Shown: positions 8,880 through 19,260, counted from the first letter of the stretch. The stretch: 64,000 bases of DNA from an uncultured Verrucomicrobiae bacterium (GCA_963735805.1 CAVTMK010000001.1:160001-224000), one strand, 5' to 3'. Notes: generated by a model not told the origin, from the sequence alone. A program made the numbers and translations.

Positions 8880-9983
8880 CTACAATTCCTTCGCGAGCTC
8901 GCGCGCGTTGTCGCGCAACAATTCGGCGGCGCGCTTCATGTTTTCTTTCTCACTCATTCCGGGTCGCGCATTTTCGTAAACACCGTCGAAAATCTCTCGA
9001 ACCTCTCGGTCCTCGGTTGCGCGGCCGACAATCGCGAAGACTTTTTTTCCTAGTTTGCGCGCCAGTCTTGCAACGCCCGCCGGCGTTTTTCCTTCCAGCG
9101 TTTGCCGATCCAAACTCCCCTCGCCCGTGATGACAACGTCCACATCTTTCATTTTTGACTCGAGCCCGACTGCTTCTGCGACCACATCGAAGCCGGGGCG
9201 AATGGTGGCACCGCAAAAACTCATCAGACCAAATCCCAATCCACCAGCCGCTCCCGTGCCCTGTTTGTCGCGATAATCAAAGCCAAAATCGCTGGCGACA
9301 ACGTCGGCCAGCCTGGTTAGCGCCTGTTCCAGGACTTTGAGTTCATCATTGCTCGCGCCCTTTTGCGGACCAAACACCTGCGTGGCCCCATTTTCGCCGA
9401 GTAACGGATTGCGCACATCAACGGCTGCAATGATTGCCGGCAACTTCAAATCCTTCGGCATATCGATCCGATCGAGATTAACCAAATCGGTCACGCATTC
9501 CCGGTCTTTCTCGTGCTCGTAATCGAATCGGTATCCCATCGCGCGTGCCATCCCAAATCCGCCATCATTTGTCGCGCTACCGCCAAGGCCGATGATGATT
9601 TCATTCGCGCCGCGATCCGTTGCATCCCGGATCATTTCGCCAACGCCGAATGTGGTCGCGCGAATGGGGTCTCGTTCATTTTCAGACAGCCGCCGCATTC
9701 CAGCCGCTTCGCTCATTTCCATTACCGCGAGTTTGCCATCGTCAATCCAAGCGTAACGGGCCTCGATCTCACGCCCGATGGGATCGTGTGCTTTACATTT
9801 TAACCATGAACCGCCGCGCGCTTCACAAATCGCTTCCGCGGTCCCCTCTCCTCCGTCTGCCATCGGCACAATTTCGATGTCAGCATCGGGCAAGACGTCG
9901 TGCAGTCCCTTGGCGATGTTTTCCGCAACATCACGCGCGTTTAGCGCGCCTTTAAATTTGTCGGGGGCAATCAGAATCCGCAC
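8880..9983 (-). CDS. garK: Glycerate kinase (GarK/GlxK family)
   Basis: IAPDKFKG, PMADGGEGT, GLGGSATNDGG, GAAGGLG, ITGEG. Confidence 0.92.
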   Translation of the reverse strand: MRILIAPDKFKGALNARDVAENIAKGLHDVLPDADIEIVPMADGGEGTAEAICEARGGSWLKCKAHDPIGREIEARYAWIDDGKLAVMEMSEAAGMRRLSENERDPIRATTFGVGEMIRDATDRGANEIIIGLGGSATNDGGFGMARAMGYRFDYEHEKDRECVTDLVNLDRIDMPKDLKLPAIIAAVDVRNPLLGENGATQVFGPQKGASNDELKVLEQALTRLADVVASDFGFDYRDKQGTGAAGGLGFGLMSFCGATIRPGFDVVAEAVGLESKMKDVDVVITGEGSLDRQTLEGKTPAGVARLARKLGKKVFAIVGRATEDREVREIFDGVYENARPGMSEKENMKRAAELLRDNARELAKEL

Positions 9984-10009
9984 AGTTGCAACTTTATCGC
10001 TTATCCGAT

Positions 10010-10101
10010 CTTGTCATTCCGAGCGAAGCGCAGCGGAGTCGAGGAATCTCTCGCATTAAAAGAGTGATTGGAGATGTCTCGACTTCGCTCGACATGACAA
10101 G
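10010..10101. repeat. REP-like palindrome, copy 2
   Basis: cttgtcattccgagcgaagcgcagcggagtcgaggaatctc...gagatgtctcgacttcgctcgacatgacaag. Confidence 0.82.
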
Positions 10102-10116
10102 TCAGGAAATGCGCGA

Positions 10117-11571
10117 TCAGGAATTCAGCTTCCGCTCTAAAATCTCGCCGACCAGCTGCGGGTTAGCCTTCCCTTTTGATAATTTGATTACCTGCCCCTT
10201 GAGAAAATTGAGCGAAGCGACGTTGCCGGCCTTGAAATCTGCAGTCGGTTTGGGATTCGCGGCGATCGTCTCGTCACATAATTTTTCGATGGCGCTCAAA
10301 TCGCTTAGTTGCTCGATTCCCTTTTCCTTGACGATCGCGGTCGCGTTTTTGCCACTGGCAAACATTTCCGCGAAAACGTCCTTGCCCTGTTTGCCGCTGA
10401 TTTTTCCGCTGTCGATCAAATTGACCAACTCATCAAGCGCTTCTGGTGGAATCGGACAATCATTGATGTCCTTACCGGCAGCACTGAGGGCATTCTGCAA
10501 ATCATTCAGGATCCAGTTTGCGACATTCTTCGGTTTCTTTGCGCCCCTGGCTGCAGTTTCAAAATAGCGCGCGAGATCGAGATCATTCGCAAGCACAGCG
10601 GCATCGTACGGGCTCACCTGATACTGCTGGATAAAACGGTCTCGTTTCGCCTTCGGCAACTCAGGCACGCGCTGTCGCACTTCAGCCAGGAGAACGTCGG
10701 TCTTCACAGGAACAAGATCGGGATCCGGAAAGTAGCGGTAATCATGCGCGAATTCCTTTGTGCGCATCAGGAATGTTTCGCCGGCTGTGTCGTTCCAACC
10801 GCGCGTTTCCTGCTCCAGCGTTTCGCCATTCTCCAGCGCAGCGATTTGACGCCGGATCTCATATGCCAGCGCGCGTCGGACTCCGCTGATGGAATTCAGG
10901 TTCTTGATCTCGATCTTCGCGCCAGACTCGGCCTGTGACTCCGGTCGTACAGAAATGTTGCAATCACAACGGAGTTGTCCCTTCTCCATGTCGGCGTCGC
11001 TTACGGCTCCATAGATTAAAATTTGCTTCAGCGAAGTCAGAAACGCGAACGCTTCCTCCGGAGATTTGATTTCCGGTTGCGTCACGATCTCCATCAACGG
11101 TGTGCCGGCACGATTAAAGTCGATCCCGGTGCTGTTCTCGAAGTGAAAGCTCTTGGCCACGTCTTCCTCGAGATGAATCCGCACCAGAGCCACTTCCTTG
11201 TCCGAAGCGACGATATCTTTCTGCGCGTCCTTCGGATAAGCCAGATCGTGCAACTGGACGGCGCCGTTCGTGCAAAGCGGCATGTCGTACTGTGAAATCT
11301 GGTAGTTCTTCGGCATGTCCGGGTAGAAATAGTTTTTGCGATCGAACTTGCAGATCGGGGCGATATCGCATCCCAGCATAAGTCCGGTGAGAACCGTCAT
11401 GCGCAACGCTTCATGATTCATTACCGGCAACGCGCCGGGCAGTCCAAGGCAAACCGGACAAGTATGCGTGTTCGGTTCTGCCCCGAATTCAACCGGAGAA
11501 GCGCAAAACATTTTCGAACGCGTCTTCAGCTGGACGTGCACTTCCAGGCCGATCGTGGGGATGTACTTCAT
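10117..11571 (-). CDS. gatB: Asp/Glu-tRNA amidotransferase subunit B
   Basis: IGLEVHVQL, RKNYFYPDMPKNYQISQ, DFNRAGTPLMEIVT, EIKNLNS, YRYFPDPDL. Confidence 0.98.
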   Translation of the reverse strand: MKYIPTIGLEVHVQLKTRSKMFCASPVEFGAEPNTHTCPVCLGLPGALPVMNHEALRMTVLTGLMLGCDIAPICKFDRKNYFYPDMPKNYQISQYDMPLCTNGAVQLHDLAYPKDAQKDIVASDKEVALVRIHLEEDVAKSFHFENSTGIDFNRAGTPLMEIVTQPEIKSPEEAFAFLTSLKQILIYGAVSDADMEKGQLRCDCNISVRPESQAESGAKIEIKNLNSISGVRRALAYEIRRQIAALENGETLEQETRGWNDTAGETFLMRTKEFAHDYRYFPDPDLVPVKTDVLLAEVRQRVPELPKAKRDRFIQQYQVSPYDAAVLANDLDLARYFETAARGAKKPKNVANWILNDLQNALSAAGKDINDCPIPPEALDELVNLIDSGKISGKQGKDVFAEMFASGKNATAIVKEKGIEQLSDLSAIEKLCDETIAANPKPTADFKAGNVASLNFLKGQVIKLSKGKANPQLVGEILERKLNS

Positions 11572-11952
11572 TTCGGATTTCGGAAACCGGATTTCAGAGA
11601 GTTGTTTCGCGCACGAGCAGTTCGTATCGAGCTAACAACGATGGCGATAATTTCGTTAGCTTCGCTCATTAACTCACCCAATCGTGATGGCTTCACGATA
11701 CCGGCTTCGATTAGCATTTGCATCCAATACAGAGCTTCGTCGCATTCCTCTTCTACGATTCCCATTTTTGCGACGAAATCAGCCCGAGATTTCCCACGCA
11801 AGGCAGAGCGATAGTGCTCCCACACCTGTTCCAGCACGAAGAAGCTGATTTCCAATTACGCGCGCTGCCTGTGAATTCGGGAGCGACTCAACCAAACGAA
11901 TTGTTCGCGGCCCGAAATGCATCGTTCGTCTCGCGAAATCTTTCTTTTGCAT
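11568..11952 (-). pseudogene. Four-helix-bundle (23S IVS-protein-like) gene, frameshifted
   Basis: ATG 11952 gives MQKKDFARRT...IGNQLLRAGTGVGA; then GCA-C-TAT (family pattern GANY implies 2 nt missing at ~11814); other frame continues YRSALRGKSRADFVAKMGIVEEECDEALYW. Confidence 0.8.
11570..11597. repeat. Heptamer array at 3' end of four-helix-bundle gene
   Basis: atttcgg atttcgg aaaccgg atttcag. Confidence 0.7.
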
Positions 11953-11962
11953 TCTGAACTTT

Positions 11963-11983
11963 CCAGTTTCCGGTATCCGAAAT
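11963..11983. repeat. Inverted heptamer array upstream of four-helix-bundle gene
   Basis: ccagttt ccggtat ccgaaat; reverse complement atttcgg ataccgg aaactgg. Confidence 0.65.
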
Positions 11984-11987
11984 CTCG

Positions 11988-12908
11988 TTACTTCTCCAGC
12001 GCATAATCGAGCGCGCGCTGAATATCGAATTTCTTGATGCGTTTTGCGAGGACCGGATCGTTTGCCGCTTCAATGACGTGTGGATTTTGGAGCAGATCGA
12101 AAAAGCGTTCCTGCGCGATCAGGTCCGCAATTTCCGGATCGCTTCGCAGAGCGACGATTTTTGGATGCTCAGCCAATTCGCGCGCACCAGGGAACCCTAA
12201 AAATTTCTGGGTACGTTCCGGACTGGAGAGAACCCTCCCCGCCTTTTCCAGCGTTGCGTACGTTCTCTGCGAAATAGGATCTGTGCTCTTAAGCACGTTA
12301 CCTAGCAGACCCAGCTCCAATGAATTCTTCAGGCGGGCCAGCGATGTCGCGAGCGTCTGTATGCCGTCTTCCGACTGCGAGAGAAAACGACGGCGCACAT
12401 CGATAGCGTGCGAGGTCGCGTCTTGTGTGCTGTGCGCCGCTGCGTTCGATCGTGCGACAGCCGGCCCTCCAGCGAAGGCGCCGACCGCTCGCACAGTGAC
12501 GACAGTCAGCCAAAGCAGAAAGAGACCGAAAAACAGACCAAGGATTGCCCCTGCAAAACCGTAAATGAGCCGGATAAGTCCGGATTCTTGTTGGGCAGTT
12601 CGCTTGAACAAGATTGCCCCCACCCCGCTTACGAGCGCATAAGCGGCGAGCGCGAGTAACGCGCCGCACAAGATCGACAAGACAGGGTCAGGCATTTTGA
12701 AAAAGGAGCGAATCATTGGAACAAACAATTTGCCCCCGAAAAATGCTGCTGCGTACGCGATACCAAGAGCGATCAGGCGCATTATCTGACGCATCAAACC
12801 CAATCGCCAACCCCGCACGACTTCGAATAAGATCAAAATGACGCCAAAAGAAATAAAGATGACCTGCCAAAGTGGCGACCCAGCCACCGGTCGAATTTCA
12901 GATGTCAC
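11988..12908 (-). CDS. CvpA family membrane protein
   Basis: RGWRLGL motif, four TM helices, helical C-terminus; GTG 12908 overlaps aroC stop. Confidence 0.75.
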   Translation of the reverse strand: MTSEIRPVAGSPLWQVIFISFGVILILFEVVRGWRLGLMRQIMRLIALGIAYAAAFFGGKLFVPMIRSFFKMPDPVLSILCGALLALAAYALVSGVGAILFKRTAQQESGLIRLIYGFAGAILGLFFGLFLLWLTVVTVRAVGAFAGGPAVARSNAAAHSTQDATSHAIDVRRRFLSQSEDGIQTLATSLARLKNSLELGLLGNVLKSTDPISQRTYATLEKAGRVLSSPERTQKFLGFPGARELAEHPKIVALRSDPEIADLIAQERFFDLLQNPHVIEAANDPVLAKRIKKFDIQRALDYALEK

Positions 12909-13996
12909 TGTGACCGACCGTCTATTGCTCGCTGCCGCAAAGCATGATCGCATAGCACCAATGCGGTCATCGCTTCTACGATTGGCACTGCCCGCGGAAG
13001 AACGCACGGATCATGCCGACCGCGCGCAGCCAGACGGGTTTGCTGGCGCGAACTGGTTACCGTTTTTTGTTCGTGGCGGATTGTAGCTGTCGGCTTGAAC
13101 GCGACACGGAAATTAATCTCCTCCCCGTTACTGATGCCGCCCTGGACCCCACCGGAATTATTGGTCGCCGCGCGGATTTTATCGCCGTGCATCTCGAATG
13201 GATCATTGTGTTGCGAACCCCTCATCCGCGTCGCCGCAAAACCGGAACCGATCTCGAATCCTTTTGTTGCCGGTATGCTCAGCACCGCTTTAGCCAAATC
13301 CGCGTCGAGCTTGTCGAAAACCGGTTCACCAAGTCCGGGCGGAATACCGCGAACGACGCATTCAATGACGCCGCCAACCGAATCACCTTCGTTGCCAACT
13401 CGCTCGATCAACGAGGCCATTTTTTTGGCCGCCGTGATATCCGGGCAACGAACCATGTTCTTCTCGATATCTTTCGCCTTCACCGCGGACCGATCGATTT
13501 TCGCAGCGACCTCGTGAATTTGTGCGACGTAGGCGACGATTTCGAATTCCGCATACAGCATCGATAATATTTTTCTCGCAACAGCGCCAGCTGCTACTCG
13601 ACCGATAGTCTCCCGAGCTGAAGCGCGGCCCCCGCCCTGCCAGTTCCGAATTCCATACTTGGCCTCATAGGTAAAGTCAGCATGTGAAGGCCGAAACTTC
13701 TCAGCGAACTCCACGTAATCCTCTGGCCTTGCGTCTTTGTTACGCACCAGAATCGCAATCGGCGTGCCGAGGGTTTTACTCTCAAAAACACCGGAAAGAA
13801 TTTCGCACTGATCCGCCTCCTTCCTTTGTGTTGTGATCTTACTTTGACCTGGACGACGGCGGTCCAGTTCACGTTGGATCTCGGCCTGGGACAGTTCGAT
13901 GTTCGGCGGGCAACCGTCGATCACCACACCCACGCCGCCACCGTGCGATTCGCCAAAAGTGGTGACGCGAAAGAGCTGGCCGAAAGTGTTGCCCAT
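12905..13996 (-). CDS. aroC: Chorismate synthase
   Basis: [30 protein letters not shown]. Confidence 0.98.
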   Translation of the reverse strand: MGNTFGQLFRVTTFGESHGGGVGVVIDGCPPNIELSQAEIQRELDRRRPGQSKITTQRKEADQCEILSGVFESKTLGTPIAILVRNKDARPEDYVEFAEKFRPSHADFTYEAKYGIRNWQGGGRASARETIGRVAAGAVARKILSMLYAEFEIVAYVAQIHEVAAKIDRSAVKAKDIEKNMVRCPDITAAKKMASLIERVGNEGDSVGGVIECVVRGIPPGLGEPVFDKLDADLAKAVLSIPATKGFEIGSGFAATRMRGSQHNDPFEMHGDKIRAATNNSGGVQGGISNGEEINFRVAFKPTATIRHEQKTVTSSRQQTRLAARGRHDPCVLPRAVPIVEAMTALVLCDHALRQRAIDGRSQ

Positions 13997-14412
13997 TGTG
14001 TGCCGATCTTAATCTAATCAGGACACGAGCGCGAGGTGGATTGGCTTCGCCGAAGACAATCTCAATCTCGCGTGCGTTTCATGCTCTTCCGCGCAGGCGC
14101 CGTCGAAAGCAATGGCGACCGCGGAGGTACGAGCGAGGACTGCACGATGGATGTTGTGGTCTGCCCATGAACGAGAAACCGATGTTCCTCTGTCATTCCG
14201 TCCATTTGCGATCAATTTGCAATGGCGCGTTTCTCGAAAGCCACTTTTGCTCTCATGCTATCCTTGTTGCCCGCGACGGCATGCCTGGTAGGAATCGTTG
14301 TTCTGCGACAAGTTCCATCGCTTTCAGAACTAACCAGTGTCGGCGCAGTGATACCCGGAGTCGCTTTGAAACGCAGCGTAGATGATTAAGATGATTAAGG
14401 AGAGATAATGCA

Positions 14413-15393
14413 ATGAATTATACAAATCTTGGAAAAACCGGGCTCAAACTATCGCGAATCTGCCTGGGCTGCATGAGTTACGGACTCAAGGAAGAGAGAG
14501 AGTGGGGTCTGGATGAGGAACAAAGCCGGCCTTTCATTAAAAGAGCGCTTGAGCTTGGCATTAACTTTTTTGACACAGCCAACATGTATGGAAATGGCCG
14601 GAGCGAAGAGGTCGTGGGCCGGGCACTACATGAGTTCGCGAAACGAGATGAGGTAGTGGTCGCGAGCAAAGTCTATTTTCCGATGCGTCCCGATGTGAAC
14701 GGGCACGGACTGTCCCGCAAATCGATCATGACAGAAATCGACCACAGTTTGCGACGCCTGAAGATGGATTATGTCGATCTTTACCAGATCCACCGTTGGG
14801 ATTACGACACACCGATTGAAGAAACCCTCGAAGCCCTGCACGATGTCGTGAAATCAGGAAAGGTGCGTTACATCGGAGCATCATCGATGTTTGCCTGGCA
14901 ATTCTGCAAGGCGCTATACCTGGCCGACCTCCATGGTTGGACACGTTTTGTTTCGATGCAGCCACATTACAACCTGCTGAATCGCGAGGAAGAACGGGAG
15001 ATGTTACCTCTTTGCTTCGCGGAGGGTATTGGCGTGTTACCGTGGAGCCCGCTGGCGCGCGGCCGGCTCGCCCGAGCATGGGAGACGCAGCCGAGTACTG
15101 TGCGCGGTCAAACTGATGAGTACGGCAAAAAGCTCTATTCGGCGACTGAAGAACTGGACAAAGAGGTAGTTGATCGCGTCGGGGAAATCGCCAAGGCGCG
15201 AGGAGTCAGCCGGGCAGAGATCGCGCTCGGCTGGTTGCTTCACAAGCCTGCGGTAACGGCGCCAATTGTTGGCGCAACCAAGCTTCATCATCTTGAAGAA
15301 GCCGTGGCGGCGGTGGACGTGAAATTATCCAAGGCGGAAATCGAAGCGCTTGAGGCGCCATACGTTCCTCATCGCATTGCCGGATTCGAATGA
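14413..15393 (+). CDS. Aldo/keto reductase (YajO-like)
   Basis: FFDTANMY, VASK, DLYQIHRWD, GKVRYIG, WSPLARG. Confidence 0.93.
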   Translation: MNYTNLGKTGLKLSRICLGCMSYGLKEEREWGLDEEQSRPFIKRALELGINFFDTANMYGNGRSEEVVGRALHEFAKRDEVVVASKVYFPMRPDVNGHGLSRKSIMTEIDHSLRRLKMDYVDLYQIHRWDYDTPIEETLEALHDVVKSGKVRYIGASSMFAWQFCKALYLADLHGWTRFVSMQPHYNLLNREEEREMLPLCFAEGIGVLPWSPLARGRLARAWETQPSTVRGQTDEYGKKLYSATEELDKEVVDRVGEIAKARGVSRAEIALGWLLHKPAVTAPIVGATKLHHLEEAVAAVDVKLSKAEIEALEAPYVPHRIAGFE

Positions 15394-15436
15394 TCAAGGT
15401 TTTTGAGAGAATGTTGGAACAACAACCGAAGCAGAC

Positions 15437-15805
15437 ATGGGTCCCGATTACATCGACTTCTTAATCAAAAGATTCGAGAAGCCAGACGAAGTCCGAACTT
15501 TTGAGAAGGGGCGGTTCGAACTCATCAAAATCGGTGGAATGACGATCGGCCGGGCGACCTATGAACCCGGCTGGAAATGGTCACAGCATGTCGCACCAGT
15601 CGCCGGGACTTCCTTTTGTCAGGTGGAGCACATTGGTATGGTCATCTCCGGTCAAGCGGCGTGTGCCATGGAAGATGGAAGGTCGTACATCATGAAGCCT
15701 GGCGATCTCTTTTACATTGGTCCCGGGCATGATAGCTGGGTCGTGGGCGATGAACCTTATGTTTCCCTTCATCTTCTCGGAGCGGAAGAATATGCGCATG
15801 AGTGA
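15437..15805 (+). CDS. Cupin-domain protein
   Basis: EPGWKWS, CQVEH.G, PGHDSWVVGDEP. Confidence 0.88.
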   Translation: MGPDYIDFLIKRFEKPDEVRTFEKGRFELIKIGGMTIGRATYEPGWKWSQHVAPVAGTSFCQVEHIGMVISGQAACAMEDGRSYIMKPGDLFYIGPGHDSWVVGDEPYVSLHLLGAEEYAHE

Positions 15806-15904
15806 AAGAACCGACTCACGCCCGGTGATCTCTCCGCCTTCCGCGATAGCAGACGAATGGAACTAGAATCGCGTTCTTGCACCAACACGTCGAAGCGACG
15901 TTGG

Positions 15905-17065
15905 CTAGATTGCTTCGAGCGCGCTCTTCAAATCGTCGATTAGATCACGCACATCTTCTACGCCTACCGAAAGCCTTACCAGTGAATCGGTCACGCCCAG
16001 TTTCTCGCGCTGTTCCTTTGGCACTGAAGCATGCGTCATAAGCGCTGGGTGATTGATCAGGCTCTCCACACCGCCCAAACTTTCGGCCAGCGCGAACAGG
16101 TGCGTGTTTTCCAGAAAACGCCGGGTCGCAGCAGGATCGCCTTTCAAAACGATCGTGACGATTCCGCCAAAGCCGCGCATTTGTTGCCGTGCCAAGTCGT
16201 GCTGCGGATGCGATTTTAATCCCGGATAACTGACAGATTTCACTTCGCGCTGTTCCTCCAACCAGCGCGCAATCTCAAGCGCGTTTGAACAATGTCTCTC
16301 CATGCGGAGCGCCAGCGTCTTCAAACTGCGCAGTACCAGAAAACTGTCGAATGCACCGGCGATTGCGCCGACTGAGTTTTGCAAGAACGCAATTTGGTCG
16401 GCTAGTTCCTTGTTGTCGCCGACCACGACGACTCCATTCACAAGGTCGGAATGACCGTTCAGATACTTCGTAGCCGAATGCAGAACAATATCGAATCCCG
16501 CCTCGATCGGGCGTTGAATCCACGGTGTTGCAAATGTGTTGTCGGAAACCGAGATGATCTTGTGCTCGCGCGCGATTTTCGCAATCGCTTCGAGGTCGAT
16601 CAGTTTCAGAAGTGGATTGCTCGGCGTTTCGATCCAAACCATGCGTGTGTTTGGTTTGATCGCGCGCTCAAGATCGTTCGCATCGGTTAAATCGACATAA
16701 GTAAAATCAAGGTTCGCCGACCGACGACGCACTTTGTCGAATAACCGGAATGTGCCGCCATAAAGATCGTCACTCGCAACAATATGCGAGCCGCTGTCGA
16801 TCAATTCGAGCACGGTCGCCATTGCTGCCAAACCGGAGGCAAACGCGAATCCGCGCGTACCGCTTTCCAAACTGGCGATGCATTTCTCGTAAGCCAGCCG
16901 CGTGGGATTGATCGAGCGCGAGTAATCGTAGCCTTTATGCTTTCCGGGGCTTTCCTGCACGTAGGTCGATGTCGCATAGATGGGCGTCATCACCGCGCCG
17001 GTGGTCGGGTCGGGTTCCTGGCCGGCGTGAATCGCTCGCGTGGCAAATTCGTGTTCCTTTTTCAT
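15905..17065 (-). CDS. Cystathionine gamma-lyase/synthase
   Basis: YSRSINPT, ETPSNP, DNTF, HSATKYLNGHSD, SLGGVESL. Confidence 0.93.
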   Translation of the reverse strand: MKKEHEFATRAIHAGQEPDPTTGAVMTPIYATSTYVQESPGKHKGYDYSRSINPTRLAYEKCIASLESGTRGFAFASGLAAMATVLELIDSGSHIVASDDLYGGTFRLFDKVRRRSANLDFTYVDLTDANDLERAIKPNTRMVWIETPSNPLLKLIDLEAIAKIAREHKIISVSDNTFATPWIQRPIEAGFDIVLHSATKYLNGHSDLVNGVVVVGDNKELADQIAFLQNSVGAIAGAFDSFLVLRSLKTLALRMERHCSNALEIARWLEEQREVKSVSYPGLKSHPQHDLARQQMRGFGGIVTIVLKGDPAATRRFLENTHLFALAESLGGVESLINHPALMTHASVPKEQREKLGVTDSLVRLSVGVEDVRDLIDDLKSALEAI

Positions 17066-17136
17066 GTCGCGACAATCTAACCGCGAATCGCGCGATTAGC
17101 GCTGACAAAATCAGTCCAATTCGCTCAGACAACGGC

Positions 17137-18552
17137 TCACTGCTTCGGCATGTGCAACCGCAAATACGAGAGCAGGTCGGAACGCGTCACTAATCCGAGG
17201 AAATTGTCGTCGTCCATTACAATGGCGACACGACCGCGATCAAATACGTTCAAGAGATCTTTGATCGTCGCTTTCGGCGACAGCGTTTCCAGCTTAGACG
17301 TCATCGCCTTTTTTACCGGATCATTAAAGTGCGAGGGGTCATGGTGAACCTTCACGAGCACGTCGGATTCGTCGAGAATCCCAATCGCGCGTCCATGTTG
17401 ATCGAGCACGGGAACCTGTGAGACATCGGCGCTGCGCATACGCTTGAACGCGGTTAGCAATGTATCGGTCGGTCCGACCGAAACTACTTCGCCGGCTTCG
17501 TAACGATGTGAAATGAGATCGCTCAAATCCTCATGTGGCGGACGATGAAGGAAACCCTGTTCCGCCATCCAGAAATCGTCGTACATCTTGGAAAGGTATT
17601 TGTTTCCGGTATCGACGACGAAGCTGACAACTCGCTTTGGTTTCGTCTGTTTACGGCAGTAACGCAACGCCCCAGCGACGAGCGTACCCGTGGAAGAACC
17701 GCCGAAGATCCCCTCTTTGCGCAACAGCTCGCGCACCATGGCGAAGCTTTCCCCGTCATCAATCTCGAATGCTTCCGTCACCAGCGACATGTCGGCGATG
17801 TCGGGAATAAAATCCTCGCCAATGCCTTCAACAGCCCAGCTACCTGCTTCGTTCAGCTTACCTGACTTCACATATTCGAAAAGCACAGAGCCTTTCGGAT
17901 CGGCCAAAACCATTTCGATGCCGCGGCGTGGCTTAACGCGATTGAAAAATCGCCCGAGACCGGTCAGCGTTCCGCCGGAACCGACTCCCACCACAATCGC
18001 GTCGACATCGTGCCGCATTTGCTCCCAAATTTCCGGACCAGTGGTGCGTTCGTGGGCCAGAGGATTTGCGGGATTCCCGAATTGGTTCACGTAAAACGCC
18101 CCCGGAATTTCTTCGGCGAGTCGCGCAGCGACATCCTGGTAATATTCAGGATGACCTCGCGTCACATCCGAACGCGTGATCCGCACCTCAGCGCCGAGAG
18201 CTTTCACGTGTGAGATTTTTTCCTGCGACATCTTGTCGGGAATCACCAGCACTACATGGTAGCCTTTCGCCCCCGCAACCAGCGCAAGGCCCAGGCCAGT
18301 GTTGCCAGCTGTCGCTTCCACGACCGTGCCGCCGGGTCGCAATTTCCCTTCGTCCTCCGCAGCTTCGATCATCGACAATGCAATCCGGTCCTTGATCGAG
18401 CCGCCTGGATTTTGATTTTCAAGTTTGAGAAAAAGCTGACACGGACCGGTGTCGATTTGTGTGATCTCCACCAATGGCGTGTCACCGATCAGCGACAAGA
18501 TGTGAGGCGGACGCTTTGAATTAACTTGGGGAACGGTTGGAGTTTCGAGCAT
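17137..18552 (-). CDS. Cystathionine beta-synthase with C-terminal CBS domains
   Basis: KLENQNPGGSIKDR, EATAGNTG, GSGGT, C-terminal CBS pair; adjacent to CGL. Confidence 0.92.
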   Translation of the reverse strand: MLETPTVPQVNSKRPPHILSLIGDTPLVEITQIDTGPCQLFLKLENQNPGGSIKDRIALSMIEAAEDEGKLRPGGTVVEATAGNTGLGLALVAGAKGYHVVLVIPDKMSQEKISHVKALGAEVRITRSDVTRGHPEYYQDVAARLAEEIPGAFYVNQFGNPANPLAHERTTGPEIWEQMRHDVDAIVVGVGSGGTLTGLGRFFNRVKPRRGIEMVLADPKGSVLFEYVKSGKLNEAGSWAVEGIGEDFIPDIADMSLVTEAFEIDDGESFAMVRELLRKEGIFGGSSTGTLVAGALRYCRKQTKPKRVVSFVVDTGNKYLSKMYDDFWMAEQGFLHRPPHEDLSDLISHRYEAGEVVSVGPTDTLLTAFKRMRSADVSQVPVLDQHGRAIGILDESDVLVKVHHDPSHFNDPVKKAMTSKLETLSPKATIKDLLNVFDRGRVAIVMDDDNFLGLVTRSDLLSYLRLHMPKQ

Positions 18553-18561
18553 TACCTGTCC

Positions 18562-19086
18562 TTAAGGGGTCTTCAACGATGGTTCGCCTTTATGCGACCA
18601 TTCCGATTTGCTGTCTTCAAGAAATTGTTGAAGCACATCAAAACGGACTTCGCCGTAGTTCAATGCGTAGCGGAGATCGCCGCCTTTGTAAATCCAAGTC
18701 GTAGGAATCCACGATAGCGGCATCCCGGCGAATTGCTTGATCTTGGTATCACCCCTGCGTGAGCCCGGATCCGCGAGGACGGTGACGTTCGGTTGGTCCG
18801 TGATTTGAAATTTTTGCAGCAGCAGCCTGCCGTCTTCACCATTATTCCAAACGGACACGAAATAAAATTTAACCTGTGGGTTGTCTTTGGCCGCCTTGAG
18901 CCAACCGCCGCTTTTCAATTCCGCCTGGCAGTTAGAGCACCACGGCGCCCAGAGATGCACCACGCTGATGTCAGGTGATTTGATCGCGTCGAGAATTTGT
19001 TGTTCAGCCGGGGAAGGTTCGGCGAGTAGGCGCGGCACCGCGAAAAGCACGGCGAGGATCCACACACGTAATATCGACATCTTCAT
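18562..19086 (-). CDS. Exported thioredoxin-like protein
   Basis: Signal peptide; WAPWCSNC; WIPTT cis-Pro motif. Confidence 0.82.
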   Translation of the reverse strand: MKMSILRVWILAVLFAVPRLLAEPSPAEQQILDAIKSPDISVVHLWAPWCSNCQAELKSGGWLKAAKDNPQVKFYFVSVWNNGEDGRLLLQKFQITDQPNVTVLADPGSRRGDTKIKQFAGMPLSWIPTTWIYKGGDLRYALNYGEVRFDVLQQFLEDSKSEWSHKGEPSLKTP

Positions 19087-19143
19087 TGAAAATACCGGAG
19101 AAACCGGATGCACTCAAGGTCTGACGGTATGCCGTCGTAACAG

Positions 19144-19172
19144 TTGACCTGCGCAGGAAAGACGCCTACTAT
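19144..19172 (+). promoter_or_regulatory. Sigma70-type promoter for rpsA
   Basis: TTGACC-17 nt-TACTAT. Confidence 0.7.
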
Positions 19173-19260
19173 GCCGTCCCGTTTCCGCCGTCTCAGCTGC
19201 GCGGAAAGATCGGTGCTCCACTGGAAGCGCCGTTTCGCCTGAAGGAGGCTCATTTAATTT

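Noticed and set aside
9986..10567. 193-aa plus-strand ORF
   Set aside because: Antisense to gatB; its N-terminus is the translated REP element.
11568..11952. Avd gene of a diversity-generating retroelement
   Set aside because: No RT and no TR/VR pair seen in the window.
14018..14400. Short ORFs between aroC and the AKR gene; gatgattaa x2 near 14381-14398
   Set aside because: No recognisable motifs; repeat too short to interpret.
15905..18552. CBS-CGL pair as a novel pathway
   Set aside because: Well-known reverse transsulfuration pair.
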